A DNA stretch of 64,000 nucleotides from the human T2T-CHM13v2.0 reference genome, Homo sapiens, in the NCBI RefSeq assembly GCF_009914755.1, contig NC_060937.1. One strand, given 5' to 3'. Every line of letters starts with the position of its first letter. Within the stretch, counting starts at the first letter, position 1. Positions 14,035 to 29,419 of the stretch are shown here, in pieces. The notes beneath the pieces were generated by a model. The model searched no databases. It saw only the letters and a list, made by a program, of their open reading frames with translations, and had not been told where the DNA came from. The translations under genes and the position numbers were made by a program.

Positions 14035-15775
14035 TATGGAAATCCAAAAGACTCAAAATAGCCAACATGACAATAAAGAAATTGAACGAAGTCATAGGAC
14101 TGACACTCCCCGACTTCAAGACTTATGTAGAACTCGTGCAATAAAGGCAGAATGCTATTGATTAGCGAAAACATAAACAGCCAGTGAAACAGAGCCCAGA
14201 AGCATAACCACACAGTTATAGTCAACTTATCTTTCACTGGGGAGCAAAAGCAAATCATGGAAGAAAGGATAGCCTTTTCTACAAATAGTGCTGGTAAAAC
14301 TGGACCATTTCTAGCCAAAAATTGAACCTACACACTGACCTTACAAATTTCACAAAAATTAACTCTAATGGATCATAGACTTAATATAAAACAAAATACT
14401 GTAAAACTTCTAGAAGGCAGCACAGTAGGAAACCTAAAGTTTGACAATAAGTTTAGATACAACACCGAAAGCAAAATCTATTAAAGAAAATATCAATAAG
14501 TTGACTTCATGAAAATTGTAAGTGAACCTGCCACTCAGAGAATGAACAGACAAGACACAGACTGGAAGAAAACATTTGCTAAACATATATGTGATAAAGA
14601 ACTTGTATCTAAAATATACAAAAACATGTAAAACACAACAATAAGAAGACAAACAATTTTGCCAGGTAAAAATTAAGCAAAAGATCTGCACCAAAGAAGA
14701 TACATAGGTAGCAAGTTAGCACAAAATGCACAAGATCAAAGGGAATTTCATATTAAAATAATAGGGAGATATGATTACATACCTATATGCTGGTCAGGAT
14801 GCAGAGCAACAGGAGATCTCATCTCTTTCTTGTGAGAGTGCAAAATGGTAGCATCACACTGGAAAAAAATGTCAGTATATTACAAAGCTTAACATAGTCT
14901 TACTATACAATACAGAATTCACACTTCTAGGTAGTTACCAAAATGAAAATTTATGTTCACACAAAAGCCTACACACAAATATTTATAAAAGCTTTATACA
15001 TAATTGCTTAAAAATTTTGAATTATTCAACGTTTTCTTCAATTGGGAAATGGATGAATAAACTGTGGTAAATCCACAATAGAATATTTTTCAAACATAAA
15101 AATAAATTAGCTATCAAGCCACCAAGAGACATGGAGGAACCTTTCATGTATATTGCTTTGTGAAAGGAGTCAGTCTCAAGAAGCTATATATTGTATGATT
15201 CCAACTATAGGGCATTCTAGAAAAGGTAAAACACACACACTGTATAAAGATAGTTGTTTCCAGGGGTGGGGGGAGGGGGGAGGGATAGCATTAGGAGATA
15301 TACCTAATGCTAAATGACCAGTTAGTGGGTGCAGCACACCAGCATGGCACATGTATACATATGTAACTAACCTGCACATTGTGCACATGTACCCTAAAAC
15401 TTAAAGTATAATAATAATAAGAAAAAAAAAAGATAGTTGTTTCCATGGGTGGGTGGGGGAAATAATGGCTGGGAGGAACACAGTGATTTTTAGGGCAATG
15501 GAACTTCTCTGTATAATACTGTAATGGTGGATACATGTCATTTTATATTTGCCAAAGCCCAAAGTGTACAATACGGAGTGAACTTGAATGTTACATATGG
15601 ACTTTAGTTAATAATAATGTATAAATGTTGGTTCTTCAGTTGTAATAAATGAACCAAATTAATGCCAGCTGTTAATAAGAAAACTGAATGTGGGAGACAG
15701 CAGGTATGTGGAAACTATCTGTTCTCTCTACCTAATTTTCTCTAAACTTAAAGGTGCTCTTAAAAAAAAGTTATT
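14035..15775 (+). mobile_element. L1MC-type ORF2 3' end and 3'UTR
   Basis: Typical ORF2 end and L1MC 3'UTR (…TACTGTAATGGTGGATACATGTCATT…). Confidence 0.8.
15263..15428 (+). mobile_element. Very short 5'-truncated young L1 (L1PA3-like) with 17-bp TSD
   Basis: G-rich 3'UTR to poly(A). TSD AAAGATAGTTGTTTCCA at 15246-15262 and 15429-15445. Confidence 0.93.
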
Positions 15776-15778
15776 TTT

Positions 15779-16115
15779 GTCTGGGCACAGTGGCTCAATC
15801 CTATAATCACAGCACTTTTGGAGGCCAAGTCAAGAGAATCACTTGAGCTCAGGAGTATGAAACCAGGCTAGAATCATACAATCATACAGGCTAGAAAACA
15901 AAGGGGGAACCCTGTCTCTACAAAAAAATTTAAAAAGAAAAAAAGTAGCTGGTTTTGGTGGCATGCACCTGTGGCCCCAGATACCCAGGAGGCTGAGGTG
16001 GGAGAATCGCCTGAGCCTGGTTTGTCGAGGCTGCAGTGAGCAGTGATTGTGTCACTGCACTTCAGCACGGATGACAGAGCAAGCCCCTGTCTCAAAATAA
16101 ATAAAATAGTATTTT
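15779..16115 (+). mobile_element. AluJ
   Basis: Diverged Alu dimer. TSD AAAAGTTATTTTT at 15766-15778 and 16116-16128. Confidence 0.9.
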
Positions 16116-17750
16116 AAAAGTTATTTTTAATTTAAAAAGGAATTCAGATAGTTAATTTTCCTGTCAAAATAGAAGTACTATTATAAAAGTTCAAGAAAAA
16201 AGACTATCTTAAGAAAATAGTAGCCAAAAATGTACATTCACATACAAAAGGAACACAAACAGATATTTATAACAAATTTGATGTTTCTTATGGGTCCAGA
16301 TTGGAATAAAAGTAAACAAAAAATATATTTATGTCATGGTTGAATGTTCTTCAATTATGAATCAAAAAGTTTTAGTGCTTACACCCTAGATTGCATTTGA
16401 ATCAAACTTCTCCCATGTTATAATGGATGTTTTTAAAAAACATTGGATTTAAAAAACTTGTTTTGTACATATTTTGTAAGCAACGTATTAACGGTACCTC
16501 TGGAAATGTCAGGTACATGAGAATAAATATTCAAAAATTTGATTGTAAATTCTTAAAGATTCTGTGATAATTGAGAAACCAGTCATTTCTAGGTAAATCT
16601 TTTGAAGAAATAATATTTCCTTCAACATGAGCAATTTCTTAGAGATGAATATACCTGGGAAACCTAGCTGATATAATTAGCAGATAGTTGATGTTAAAAT
16701 AATTAAATAAAGGTAATTTGCCTTATTTCTGAACAAAAGCTGCCATCCCTGTTAAGTCTATTAGTTGGTGGAATAATTTGTTTTATCACTGTTTCTGTTC
16801 ATGCTGAAAATCAGTTACTCTCATAATGGAATGCCCTGGTTGAACCTGATGTACGCAGAATGTAACACCTAGTGCTATGGATGCACTTTAAACTGATATG
16901 TTGTCACTTCAAATTACTTTGCATTGGCATCTGTGGTTATTTAGAATTACAAGTTAATTTGGATGACTTCCAGAACAAATAAACAAGTGCAAAACTGTCT
17001 CAATGCATTTATTGTGCTTGAATGATTGAAGGGCTTTTTGTGAGTGTGGCTTTAATGTTCCAGAATAATTTTATCTAATAGCAGGAGGTGGCTAGACTTC
17101 CAAACAAAATGTTCTTTTATTATAAATTATGTGAAATCTACATGAAAAGGATATTTAGTTTTAATTACAATAATAATAAATAGCAAATGAATAAAGCATC
17201 TTATAAAATATCTGTGCCTAACATGGCAATAATACCCATTACAGTAAAACATAAATGGCAATATTTATAGAAAAACTTAAAATAATTAATGAAAAAATGA
17301 AGCATTTTGAACTGCTGGAAATAAAGTAATCATAGTTGAATGAACAGGAAACTAGAGCTATTCAAAAATAATGAACAACAACAAAAAAGTAATTCTAAAA
17401 CAATAATTTTATTTTGGAAGCTAAACAATGATGTTCCCTCTGAGAACTTACAAATTCATTGCCATCTAAGAAACCACAGAAAAATGAATATATATCTATT
17501 ATGTCTATGGCTATATGCAGTTCCTGATTTTCCTACTATTAATAGAGCAGTCATTCTTACTTATATATCTCTGTCTTACAGTAATTCCTGCAGCCATGTA
17601 ACATGGTGTTAACTTGCTCCTGGGGCACTTCTTAATCTGCATGTTCACTTAGAAAAATCTCACCAAATCTTATGCTTTAATCTACATGCGTACATTTATA
17701 TCTCCTGCCCTGATCCCCCAGCTAACATAAAACCTCCTGGATTAAAATAT

Positions 17751-18596
<846 letters not shown>

Positions 18597-18694
18597 CATA
18601 CCCATTAGGAATGTTAGAGATTTCATAACTGATGTTCAAAAATGAACTCTTCCTTTGGGTATATACCCAATAATGGGATTCCTGGGTCAAATGG

Positions 18695-19056
18695 TGATAC
18701 AGTTTGGCTGTTTCCCCACCCAAAGCTCATCCTGAATTGTAGCTCCCATAATCTCCATGTGTCATGGGAGGTATCTGGAGGGAGGTAATTGAAAGATGAG
18801 GGTGGCTATTTCCTGTCTTCTTCTCATAATAGTGAATAAGTCTCATGAGATCTAATGGTTTTATAAAGGGGAGTTCCCCTGTATGCTTTCTTGCCTGCTG
18901 CCATGTCAGACATGACTTTGCTCCTCCTATGCCTTCCTCTATGATTGTAAAGCCTCTTCAGCCATGTGAAACTGTGAGTCAATTAAACCTTCTTCCTTTA
19001 TAAATTACCCAGTCTCAGGTATGTCTTTATTAGTATCATGATAACAGATTAATACA
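18695..19056 (+). mobile_element. THE1 (B/C-like) solo LTR
   Basis: TGATACAGTTTGGCTG…AATACA with 5-bp TSD AATGG at 18690-18694 and 19057-19061. Confidence 0.92.
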
Positions 19057-20437
19057 AATGGTAATTCTGATTTATGTGCTTTGAGAAATTGTCAAACTGC
19101 TTTTCATAATGGCTGAAGTAACTTACATTCCCACCAGCAATGTACAAGTTTTCCTTTTTCTCCACAACTTCACCAGCATCTGTTATTTTGTGACTTTTTA
19201 ATAATCACCACTCTGACTGGTGTGAGATGGTATCTCATTGTGGTTTTGATTTGCACATCTCTAATGACTAGTGATGTTAAGAATCTTTTATATGCTTATT
19301 CACTGTGTGTGTCTTCTTTTGAAAACTGTATTTTCACGTCTTTTCTCACTTTTTAATGGGGTCATTTATTTTTTGCTTGTAAATTTTTTTATTTCATATA
19401 GATGCTTGATATTAGACCTTTGTCAGATGCATAGTTTGCAAATATTTTCTCCCATTCTGTAGGTTGTCTGTAAAATCTGTTGATAATTTCTATTGCTATG
19501 TAAAATCTCTTTAGTTTAATTAGGCCCCACTTGTCAATTTTTGTGTTTGCTGAATTTGCTTTTGGCAACTTCATCATGAAATCTTTGCCAGGTCCTATAT
19601 TCAGAATGGTATTTACTAGGTTACCTTAAAGGGTTTCTATAGTTTCAGGTTTTACATGTAAGTATGTAGTCTAACTTGATTTGATATTTGTATATGGTGT
19701 AAGAAAGGTTTCCTGTTTCAATCTTCTGCATATGGCTAGCCAATTATCCCCAAACCACTGATTGAATGGGGAGTCCTTCCCCCATTGGTTGTTTTTGTTG
19801 ACTTTGTTGAAGATCAGATGCTTATAGGTGTGTGGCATTATTTCTGGGCTCTCTATTCTATTCCGTTGGTCTATGTGTCTGCTTTTGTACCAGTATCATG
19901 CTGTTTTGGTTACTGTAGTAGCCCTTTAGTTATAGTTTAAAGTTGGGTAGTGTGATGCCTCCAGCTTTGTTCTTTGTGCTTAGAATTGCCTTGGCTATTT
20001 GGGCTCTTTTTTAGTACCATATGAATTTTAAAATAGTTTTTTATAGTTTGATAGAAATGGCATTGAATCTGTAAATTGTTTTTCTTAGTATGGCCATTTT
20101 AACAATATTTATTCTTCCTATCCATGAGCATGGAATGGTTTTCATTTGTTAGCATCGTCTCTGATTTATTTGAGCAGTGTTTTGTATTTCTAGCTGTAGA
20201 GGCCTTTCACCTTTTTAGCTAGCCATCTTTTCTGGGTATTTTATTCTTTCTGTGTCTATTGTAAATGGGATTGCATTCTTGATTTGGCTCTGGAGCTCGG
20301 ATGTCATTGGTGTGTAGAAATATTATGAATTTATGTACAATGATTTTGTATCTTGAGATTTTGCTGAAGTTGTGTATCAGACCAAGGACCTTTTGGGCTG
20401 AAACTGTGAGGTTTTCTTGGTATAGAATCATATTGTT

Positions 20438-21380
20438 GGGTCAAATGGTATTTCTAGTTCTAGATCCCTGAGGAATCGCCACACTGACTTCCACAATGGT
20501 TGAACTAGTTTACAGTCCCACCAACAGTGTAAAAGTGTTCCTATTTCTCCACATCCTCTCCAGCACCTATTGTTTCCTGACTTTTTAATGATCGCCATTC
20601 TAACTGGTGTGAGATGGTATCTCATTGTGGTTTTGATTTGCATTTCTCTGATGGCCAGTGATGATGAGCATTTTTTCATGTGTCTTTTGGCTGCGTAAAT
20701 GGATCTAGGACGAGAAATACCATTTGACCCAGCAATCCCATTACTGGGTATATACCCAAAGGATTATAAATTATGCTGCTATAAAGACACATGTGCACAC
20801 ATGTTTATTGCGGCACTATTCACAATAGCAAAGACTTGGAACCAACCCAAATGTCCAACAATGATAGACTGGATTAAGAAAATGTGGCACATATACACCA
20901 TGGAATACTATGCAGCCATAAAAAAATGATGAGTTCATGGCCTTTGTAGGGACATGGATGAAGCTGGAAACCATCATTCTCAGCAAACTATCACAAGGAC
21001 AAAAAACCAAACACCGCATGTTCTCACTCATAGGTGGGAATTGAACAATGAGAACACATGGACACAGGAAGGGGAACATCACACACCGGGGCCTGTTGTG
21101 GGGTGGGAGGAGTTGGGAGGGATAGCATTAGGAGGTATACCTAATTCTAAATGACCAGTTAATGGGTGCAGCACACCAACATGGCACATGTATACATATG
21201 TAACCAACCTGCACATTGTGCACATGTACCCTAAACCTTAAAGTATAATAAAAAAATGACAAATTAGAAATTTTAATATACTTTATTATTTTAACAGCAT
21301 ACCATTAGAAAACCATTTTTTTCTACTATATCTGGATGGCCCTAATAAATTATTCTAGGCAAAAATTAGACCAAAGAAAA
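20438..21380 (+). mobile_element. 5'-inverted L1PA4/5-like insertion with about 120-bp 3' transduction
   Basis: Minus part 20438-20700, plus part 20701-21256, extra sequence to 21380. TSD AGAATCATATTGTT at 20424-20437 and 21381-21394. Confidence 0.9.
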
Positions 21381-21394
21381 AGAATCATATTGTT

Positions 21395-21703
<309 letters not shown>

Positions 21704-22334
21704 TCATATTGTTTGCATACAGGGAGGGTTTTACTTCCTCTCTTCCTATTCTGATGTCTTTTATTTTTTTTCTCTTGCCTGACTCTTCTGGCTAGGACTT
21801 CTAGTACTACGTTGAATAGGAGTAGTGAGAGAAGATATTCTCATGCTACCATAAAAACACAGGCATTTGTGTGTTCATCACCACATTATTAACAATAGCA
21901 AATAAATGGAATCATCTTAAATTCCCACCAACGGTAGACTGGCTAAATAAAGATGTGGTTCACAAACACTATGGAATACTATGTAGTCATAATAAAACAA
22001 TATTATGTATTTTACAGCAATATGGATGGTATCAGAAGTCGTTATCGTAAGCAAACTAGCACAGAAGCAAAAATCCAAACATGGAATGGTCTCACTTATA
22101 AGTGGGAGCTAGACGTTGAGTACATATGGACGCAAAGATGGGAACAATGAATGCTGGGGCCTAATTGATGGTGGAAGTTGGCAGTAGAGAGAGGTTCATA
22201 AACTATATATAAAGTACTATACTTACTATCTTGGTGACAAAATAATCTGTATACCAAACTCCCATGAGACACAATTTACCTATATAACATACCTGCACAT
22301 GTACTCCTGAAACTAAAATAAAATTAAACAAAGA

Positions 22335-22528
22335 AGAAAACTAAAATCTTATTTTTTTCCCATTAACTTAATGCTTCCAGAGAACAATATAATAATTCTC
22401 AATGTAACTTCACTACACTAGATACTATGGGGTGTTTATATTATCTGAAATCTATACATGGCATTGCAATCTCTATCTACCAAACTATCTGATGTATTAC
22501 CCAGTGAACTTGGAGGAGGACTTGATGT
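22335..22528 (+). repeat. Direct repeat copy A (about 195 bp; partner 23691-23879)
   Basis: Shared …ACTACACTAGATACTA…GGTGTTTATATTATCTGAAATCTATACATGGCATTG…GAGGAGGACTTG. Confidence 0.92.
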
Positions 22529-23358
22529 ATCCTGTTTGCCATCTGGTGTCGTCATAGTTGAGTCAAAAGTAAGGTATTTATTATCATGCTTTATTATTTC
22601 AAAACTATCTCCATTATCTTGTCTATTCCAATCTCAGAGGTCTCCTAGTCTAGGAATAGTAGTCTGTAGGCAAGGAGGGTGGGTGTGGGGTAATAATGGA
22701 TACTCTTGAACTGGCTACATAGGATTAAAGTTTTCCAGCTTTCTTTTAATGCATTTAAAATACAGTTGCTAGAATTAAAAGCAAAATATTTAAGTGCCTC
22801 AAGTTATAGGCTCGCCACACATGAGCATTATCACTATCATCCCAAGATACATCTTTTATTGTTATTGTGGAGCTGATTTATTTCCAAGCCTGGAACATGC
22901 ACCCAACTTTACCTGGGATCTACTCACATAAAACATTTATGTTATAGTGAACTTATTTATGTGATTTTATATAAATAGATTTGTATAGACCCTAGTCTCA
23001 AAAAAATAAATAACAAATACAAGTTTCAAAATATTTGTATGCTAGTGAGTTACAATTCTGGCCAAAATAACAAAACAAAGCATATCAAAGCAAATTTCAA
23101 ATATAAAAAGAATACCATAAATGTCGCTACCTGAATTAACATAATGGTATACCCAAATCTATTAGAAATTATTATATTTGAAATTTAAATATCATCTCAT
23201 TCTAGTATATATATTATATATACTATACAACATGTAGTATGTATACAGTATTTATATATCATGTACTATATATAGTACTTTTATATATACTCATAATTAA
23301 ATGGTGTGTGTGTGTGTTTGTGTAACACACAATAAATTTTTTTTTAATAAAAGAAACT

Positions 23359-23879
<521 letters not shown>

Positions 23880-26733
23880 GTGTGTGTGTGTGTAACACAC
23901 AATAAAATCTGTAAACATTAAAATGGTTAATTTTATGTGCCTACTTGACTGGGCCATAGAATGCCCAGAAATTTGGTCCAACATTATTCCGAGTGTAACT
24001 GTGAGGTTATTTTGATGAGATTAACATTTAAATCTGTAGACTGAGTAAAGCAGATTTTCTTCCCTCGTGTGTGTGGCCCTCGTCCAAACAGTTGAAAACT
24101 TGAATAGAACAAAAAGGCTAAATATCCCAAGAGTAGTAGAGAATTACTTCTGACTGCTTTACAGTTGGAACATCATTTTTTCCCTCCCTTTGGACTGTAA
24201 CTGAAACATCAGCTTATCTGGGTCTACAGATTGCCACTACAGATCTTAGGATTTGTCACCTTGCCATCACCCATAATCATGTAAGCCAATGTCTTATAAT
24301 ATTTCTCTCACTTTCTATCTATATAGATACTTCTATGAGGCATTTGCTATGCAAGACAATGCTGATTGCCTTCAGTGCTCACTCTCAAGAAGCAAATCCC
24401 TCTTTGTTTCTAGACCTATAATCAGGCTCAAATCTCAGCAGACTCCTAGAGGGGAGATGTCAAGTGTGATTCATGGCAAGGTGCACTACAATCCCAAAGA
24501 ACTATTTGAGTTTCTAATGTTTACAGGTAGAAATATGGGAGACATGTGTAAGAATGAATATTAATGATGTAGGATGTTGGTGGAAGGAACATAAACTGGA
24601 TCAGGCTGAATGTATTAACCTGGACTCACAAGGCAGATAATCTGAATTTAGTGTTGCAACTCATAGACTTGGAAAGAACTCTAATAGATTGTTTGGCTCA
24701 TTGTATAAAACTATGACCAAAAAATGGCATACAACGAGTAAGCTGGAAATGCCACATCTGCTTTGGTTCAATGCATAGGAAGGGAGTCAAAGACTTAGAG
24801 AGATTGGAATATTAGAGTGAATTTATTATTTAAGACCTACTCAACCACTCTGGAAGGGTCCAAAATACATGCCTTTTTCCAAAACTTTGAGAAAGTTGTG
24901 ATTGGGAACTCAGGATTCTTGAAGCGCTCTCTGATGGGTCTTTCCTGTAGGCCATATCATACAGTGGAAACTGCAGTTACTGAACTGGGAAAACCAAACT
25001 CAAAGGGGTTAATTTAATCCTGGGGAACAGGGGCCAAGTGGTGGCAATTAAGCACTAAAAGCAAGATGGGTGTGGTTACTGCAGTGGTCTCCAGTGCCAA
25101 AGCAGAAAACAGATTAGTCTGACTCATGTATAACTATGGTGTTGACTAGTTGATCATGCTACTCCTAGAAGTGAAAGATGTCCCAGACGTGATAGTGAAA
25201 GTAAAAGGAAGCATACTAAACTAGTACTTGATCTGTATAAGCAGAAAGTTCTAGGTCAAGTGAACAAAATACTAGTATGAAACATAAAAACAGACAGTAA
25301 TTGTCCCTCAATCAATTTCCATGGCTAATGCAGTTTACATACCGAGACCCTTTCTTCTTGTGCAAGGACCCCGTATATTGCCAAAAGTTTACACTGTTAT
25401 TTTTCCCCTAGCCTTCTCCAAAGAGATATATGGCTTTAACCTGGGTGAGTGTGCATGAAACAAACAAACAAAAAAGAAATAATCAGACTTTTCAGGGACT
25501 ACTAGAAATTCTCTTTGAGCTGACTCAAATTTGAGGAGACATCTATGTCAGTGTGGCCCATCAGTAAGAGTACAGGCTTACAAAATTCAGGTGATCAGTG
25601 GAGCTTTAGCTCAAGTCCATCTCAAGCTGGGCCTAGTGTGTCTTCAATCCCATTTGGTTGTTATTTTCTCAGTTCTAAAGTGCATAATAGGAATAAATAT
25701 ACTCAGCAGATGGCAGAATCATCACATGATTCCTTGACCTGTGTTGTCAGGGCTATTATGGAGAAAAAGGCCAAGAAGGAGCTGCTAGAACTGCCTCTAC
25801 CTATAAAATAGTAAACCGAAAGCAATCATGATCACCTGGAGAGATCTCAGAGTTCATTGCCCCTGTTTAGGACTTCAAAAATGCAAAGGTGTTAATTCCC
25901 ATGACATCTCCATTCAACTAATTTATTTGGCTTGTGCAGAAGACAGCGGGATCTTGAAGAATGATAGTGGATTATTATAAATTTAACCAGGTGGTTATTC
26001 CAATGGAAGCTGCTGTACCAGATGTGGTTTCACTGCTTTAGCAAATTAGCACATCCCTTGGTACCTGATATGCAGCTATTGATCTAGCAAATGCTCTTTT
26101 CTCCTTCCCTGTCAATAAGACCATCATAAGTAGTTTGATTTCAGCTTGCATGGCCAGCAATAAACCTTCCCTCTTCTATCTCAGGGGCATATCAACTCTC
26201 CATTTCTTTGTTATTATTTTGTTCCCTGGAATCTTCCTCATCTTTTCCTATCACAAGATATCACACTGGTCCATACACTCATGATATTATGCTAATTAGA
26301 CCTAGTGAGCAAAAAGTAGCAATTACTGTAGACTCATTGATAAGACATTTTCTGTCAGAGGATAGAAAAGATATGTGACAAAATTTCTTCCACAGTGAAA
26401 CTTCTAGGAGGTCAGTGGTATGAGGTGTGTAAAGATATCCCTTCTAAGTTGAAAGGCTATTTATTGCACCCATCCTCTCCCACAACAACAACAGAAAAAG
26501 GGCACAATGCCTAGTGGAAGTCTTTGGATTTTTGGAGGCAACATATTTCTCATTTGGGTGTGTTATTCTGGCACATTTACTGAATGACCCAAAGTGCTTC
26601 TAGTTTTAAGAGTATCCCAGAAAACAAAGAGGCTCTACAAAAGGTCTAGGATGCTGTGCAAGCTCCTATGACACTTGGGCCATATAATCTAACAGATCCA
26701 ATGATGCTTAAAGAGTCAGTGGCAGATAGGGGA

Positions 26734-27116
26734 TGTATTAGTACATTCTCACACTGCTATAAAGACATACCCAAGACTGGGTAATTTACAAAGGAAAGAG
26801 GTTTAATTGACTTGCAGTTCTGCATGGCTGAAGAGGCCTCAGGAAATTTACAATCACGGCAGAAGATGGGACAGAAGCAAAGGCACATCTTACATGGTGG
26901 CAGGTGAGAGAGTGCAAATGAATGAAGGGAGAAGAGCCCCTTATAAAATCATCAGATCTTGAGACAAATCTCTATCCCTAACTGGAGAAAAGCATGAAGG
27001 TAGCCATCTCCATGATCCAATCACTTACCACAAGGTCCTGCCCTCAGCATGTATGGATTATTGAGATTACAATTTGAGATGAGAGTTGGGTGGAGATACA
27101 GAGCCAAACCATATCA
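26734..27116 (-). mobile_element. THE1D-like solo LTR in ERVL
   Basis: TGTATTAGTACATTCTCACACTGCT…AGCCAAACCATATCA. Confidence 0.88.
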
Positions 27117-27241
27117 AGGTTGTTGTTTGGAGCCTGTGGCACTCTCCTATAAATGAATTGTAGTGCAGGCCCTTAGAAATTCTGAGCAATGTTCTGCAAT
27201 ACTCTGTGAATAACTACACGCCTTTTAAGAAACAACTCTTA

Positions 27242-27640
27242 TGATATAGTTAGAATATTTGTCCCCACCCAAATCTCATGTTGAACTGTAATGCTCAGTG
27301 CTGAAGGTGGGGTATGGTGTGAGGGGTTTGTGTCGTGGGGGGCTGATCCATCATGACTTGTTGCTGTCTTTGGAATAGTGAGGTTTCATGAGATTTGGTC
27401 ATTGAAAAGTGTGTGGCATCCCCCACCTCATTTGCTCTTGCTTCCATTCTCATCATGACTTGTGCCTGCTTCCCCTTTGCCTTCTGCAATAATTGGAAGC
27501 TTCCTGAGGCCTCTCCAGAAGCACATGTCACTGTGCTTCCTGTACAGCCTGTAGAACCTTGAATCAATAAAATATATTTTCTTTATAAATGACTCAGTCT
27601 CAGGTATTTCTTTATAGCAATGCAAGAAGGGCCTAGTGCA
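27242..27640 (+). mobile_element. MST (MSTA-like) solo LTR in ERVL
   Basis: TGATATAGTTAGAATATTTGTCCCCACCCAAATCTCATG…CAGGTATTTCTTTATAGCAATGC. Confidence 0.88.
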
Positions 27641-29419
27641 GGCTGCTACTGGGCCTTAGTAAAAACTAAATGATTAATGATTTGCCAGCAATTTACCATG
27701 CAACCTAAATTACCCATCATGAGCTGGTGTTATCTGATCTAATAAGCCATAAAGTTTGGTGTGCATAGCAGCACTCCATTACCAAATGGAGGTGGTATTT
27801 ATGTGACTAGGCCCAAGTAGGCCAGGAAGGAATGATTAAGTTACATTAAAAGTGCCCCAAATGCCAGTAGTCATTGCTTCTTTTTATGGTCTTATCCACC
27901 ATTATGATAATTTAAATAGCATTGTTCCTTATATGAAGAACTTACATTACAACAGATAAAATATGACAATGGACGTACACTCATGGAATTCATTGGTCTT
28001 ACCATATTCCCCACCATCCTGAAGCAGCTGGCTTGATAAAAGAGTGGAATGTCCTTTTGAAGTCTCAGCTACCATTGCAGCTAGGTGGTAATAGTTTACA
28101 GGATGGAGATGAGATTTTCCAGAAAGCTGGGCTTTTCATAAACAGCATCCAATGTATGGTGATATTTTCCCCATTCCAAGGATTCTCAGACCCATGAATC
28201 AAGGAGTAATCCAATAGCAAAACTGTTGCTTTCTGTAGACAGAACCTTATTCTCTGCTGGCCTAGAGGTCTTAGCTCCAAGAGGAGCAATGTTTTCACCA
28301 GGAGACACAGTTATTCCATTGAAATGAAAGTTCAGACTGTCACCTAGCCACTTGTGGCTCCTCATGCCTCTGAATCAACAAAGATGGGAGTTACTGTGCT
28401 GGCCATTGTTATTGATCCTTACCATCTAGTGGAAAATAGACAACTGCTCCACAATGGAGGTAAGAAAGAATACATATGAAATACAGAGCCTCCCTTTGGG
28501 CTTGCCCTGTAGTTAAGGTCAATGGAAAAACTACATAACCCAATTCAGGCAGAAGTACTAATGGTCCAGGCCCTTTATCAATGAAGATTTTGGTTGCCCC
28601 ATTAGGTAAAGAACCATTACCAGCTCAGCTGCTTGCTGTTGGGAAAGGAAATACAAAATTGGAAGTGGCAGAAGTTAGTTATAAGCACAAGTCTGACTAT
28701 ATGACCAGTTATCAAAATGAGGACTATAATGACTTCTTTTGTTATGAATGTTTGTGTGTAGCAAATATATATTTTTCTCTTTTGTTCCCTCATCATGCAA
28801 CATAAGATGTACTGACGTCATTTAATGATATTTAACTTACAGTATATCATGGAAAGGAGTAAATATCTGCAAAAAATTGTGCCTCCTTTTTTGGAAAAGG
28901 GAACAGTATGTTTTCAGTTTTAGTCACAGTTTAGGCAGAATTATGACCTTGTACTGTTTCATTTGAAGATCTGGTGTGGTTAAAGGAAATACATATGGGT
29001 GCCAGGTCAATAAGGGGTAAACTCGTGATTGTTAATTTTATATGTCAACTCGATTAGAACACAAGAGTGTCCAGATATTTGATTGAACATCATTAATGCT
29101 GTTTCTGTGAAGATATTTTTGGATGAGATTAACATTTAAATTGGTAGTGTCAGAAAAGTAGATTGCTGACCTTCTTCCGAATACAAGAGAATTTCTTATG
29201 CCTGACTTATTTTGTGCTATGTCATTGATAAGTTTTCCTGCTTTGGAACTTAAACTGAAACATTGGCTCTTTCTGGGTATGTAAACAATAGCCTTCAAAC
29301 TAGACCTAAAATGTCAGCTCACCTGTGTCTCTCACTTGCTGACTACCTATCTTGAGACTCATTATACTCCATAGCCATTTCCTCATAATAGATTTTATTT
29401 TATAGGTAAATATACATTA

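Larger units (their letters stand above)
23920..29415 (+). mobile_element. ERVL provirus remnant: partial MLT2D-like 5' LTR (about 23920-24330), decayed gag-pro-pol-dUTPase region, partial 3' LTR from 29024
   Basis: ERVL phrases (ETAVTELG…, AQVHL…CIIGINILSRWQN, RT region GGATCTTGAAGAATGATAGTGGATTATTATAAA), PPT-like AAGGGGTAAACT before the 3' LTR, many stops. Confidence 0.88.

Noticed and set aside
13848-14318. 156-aa minus-strand ORF
   Set aside because: It is antisense L1 ORF2 running into an MLT2 LTR, a chance frame.
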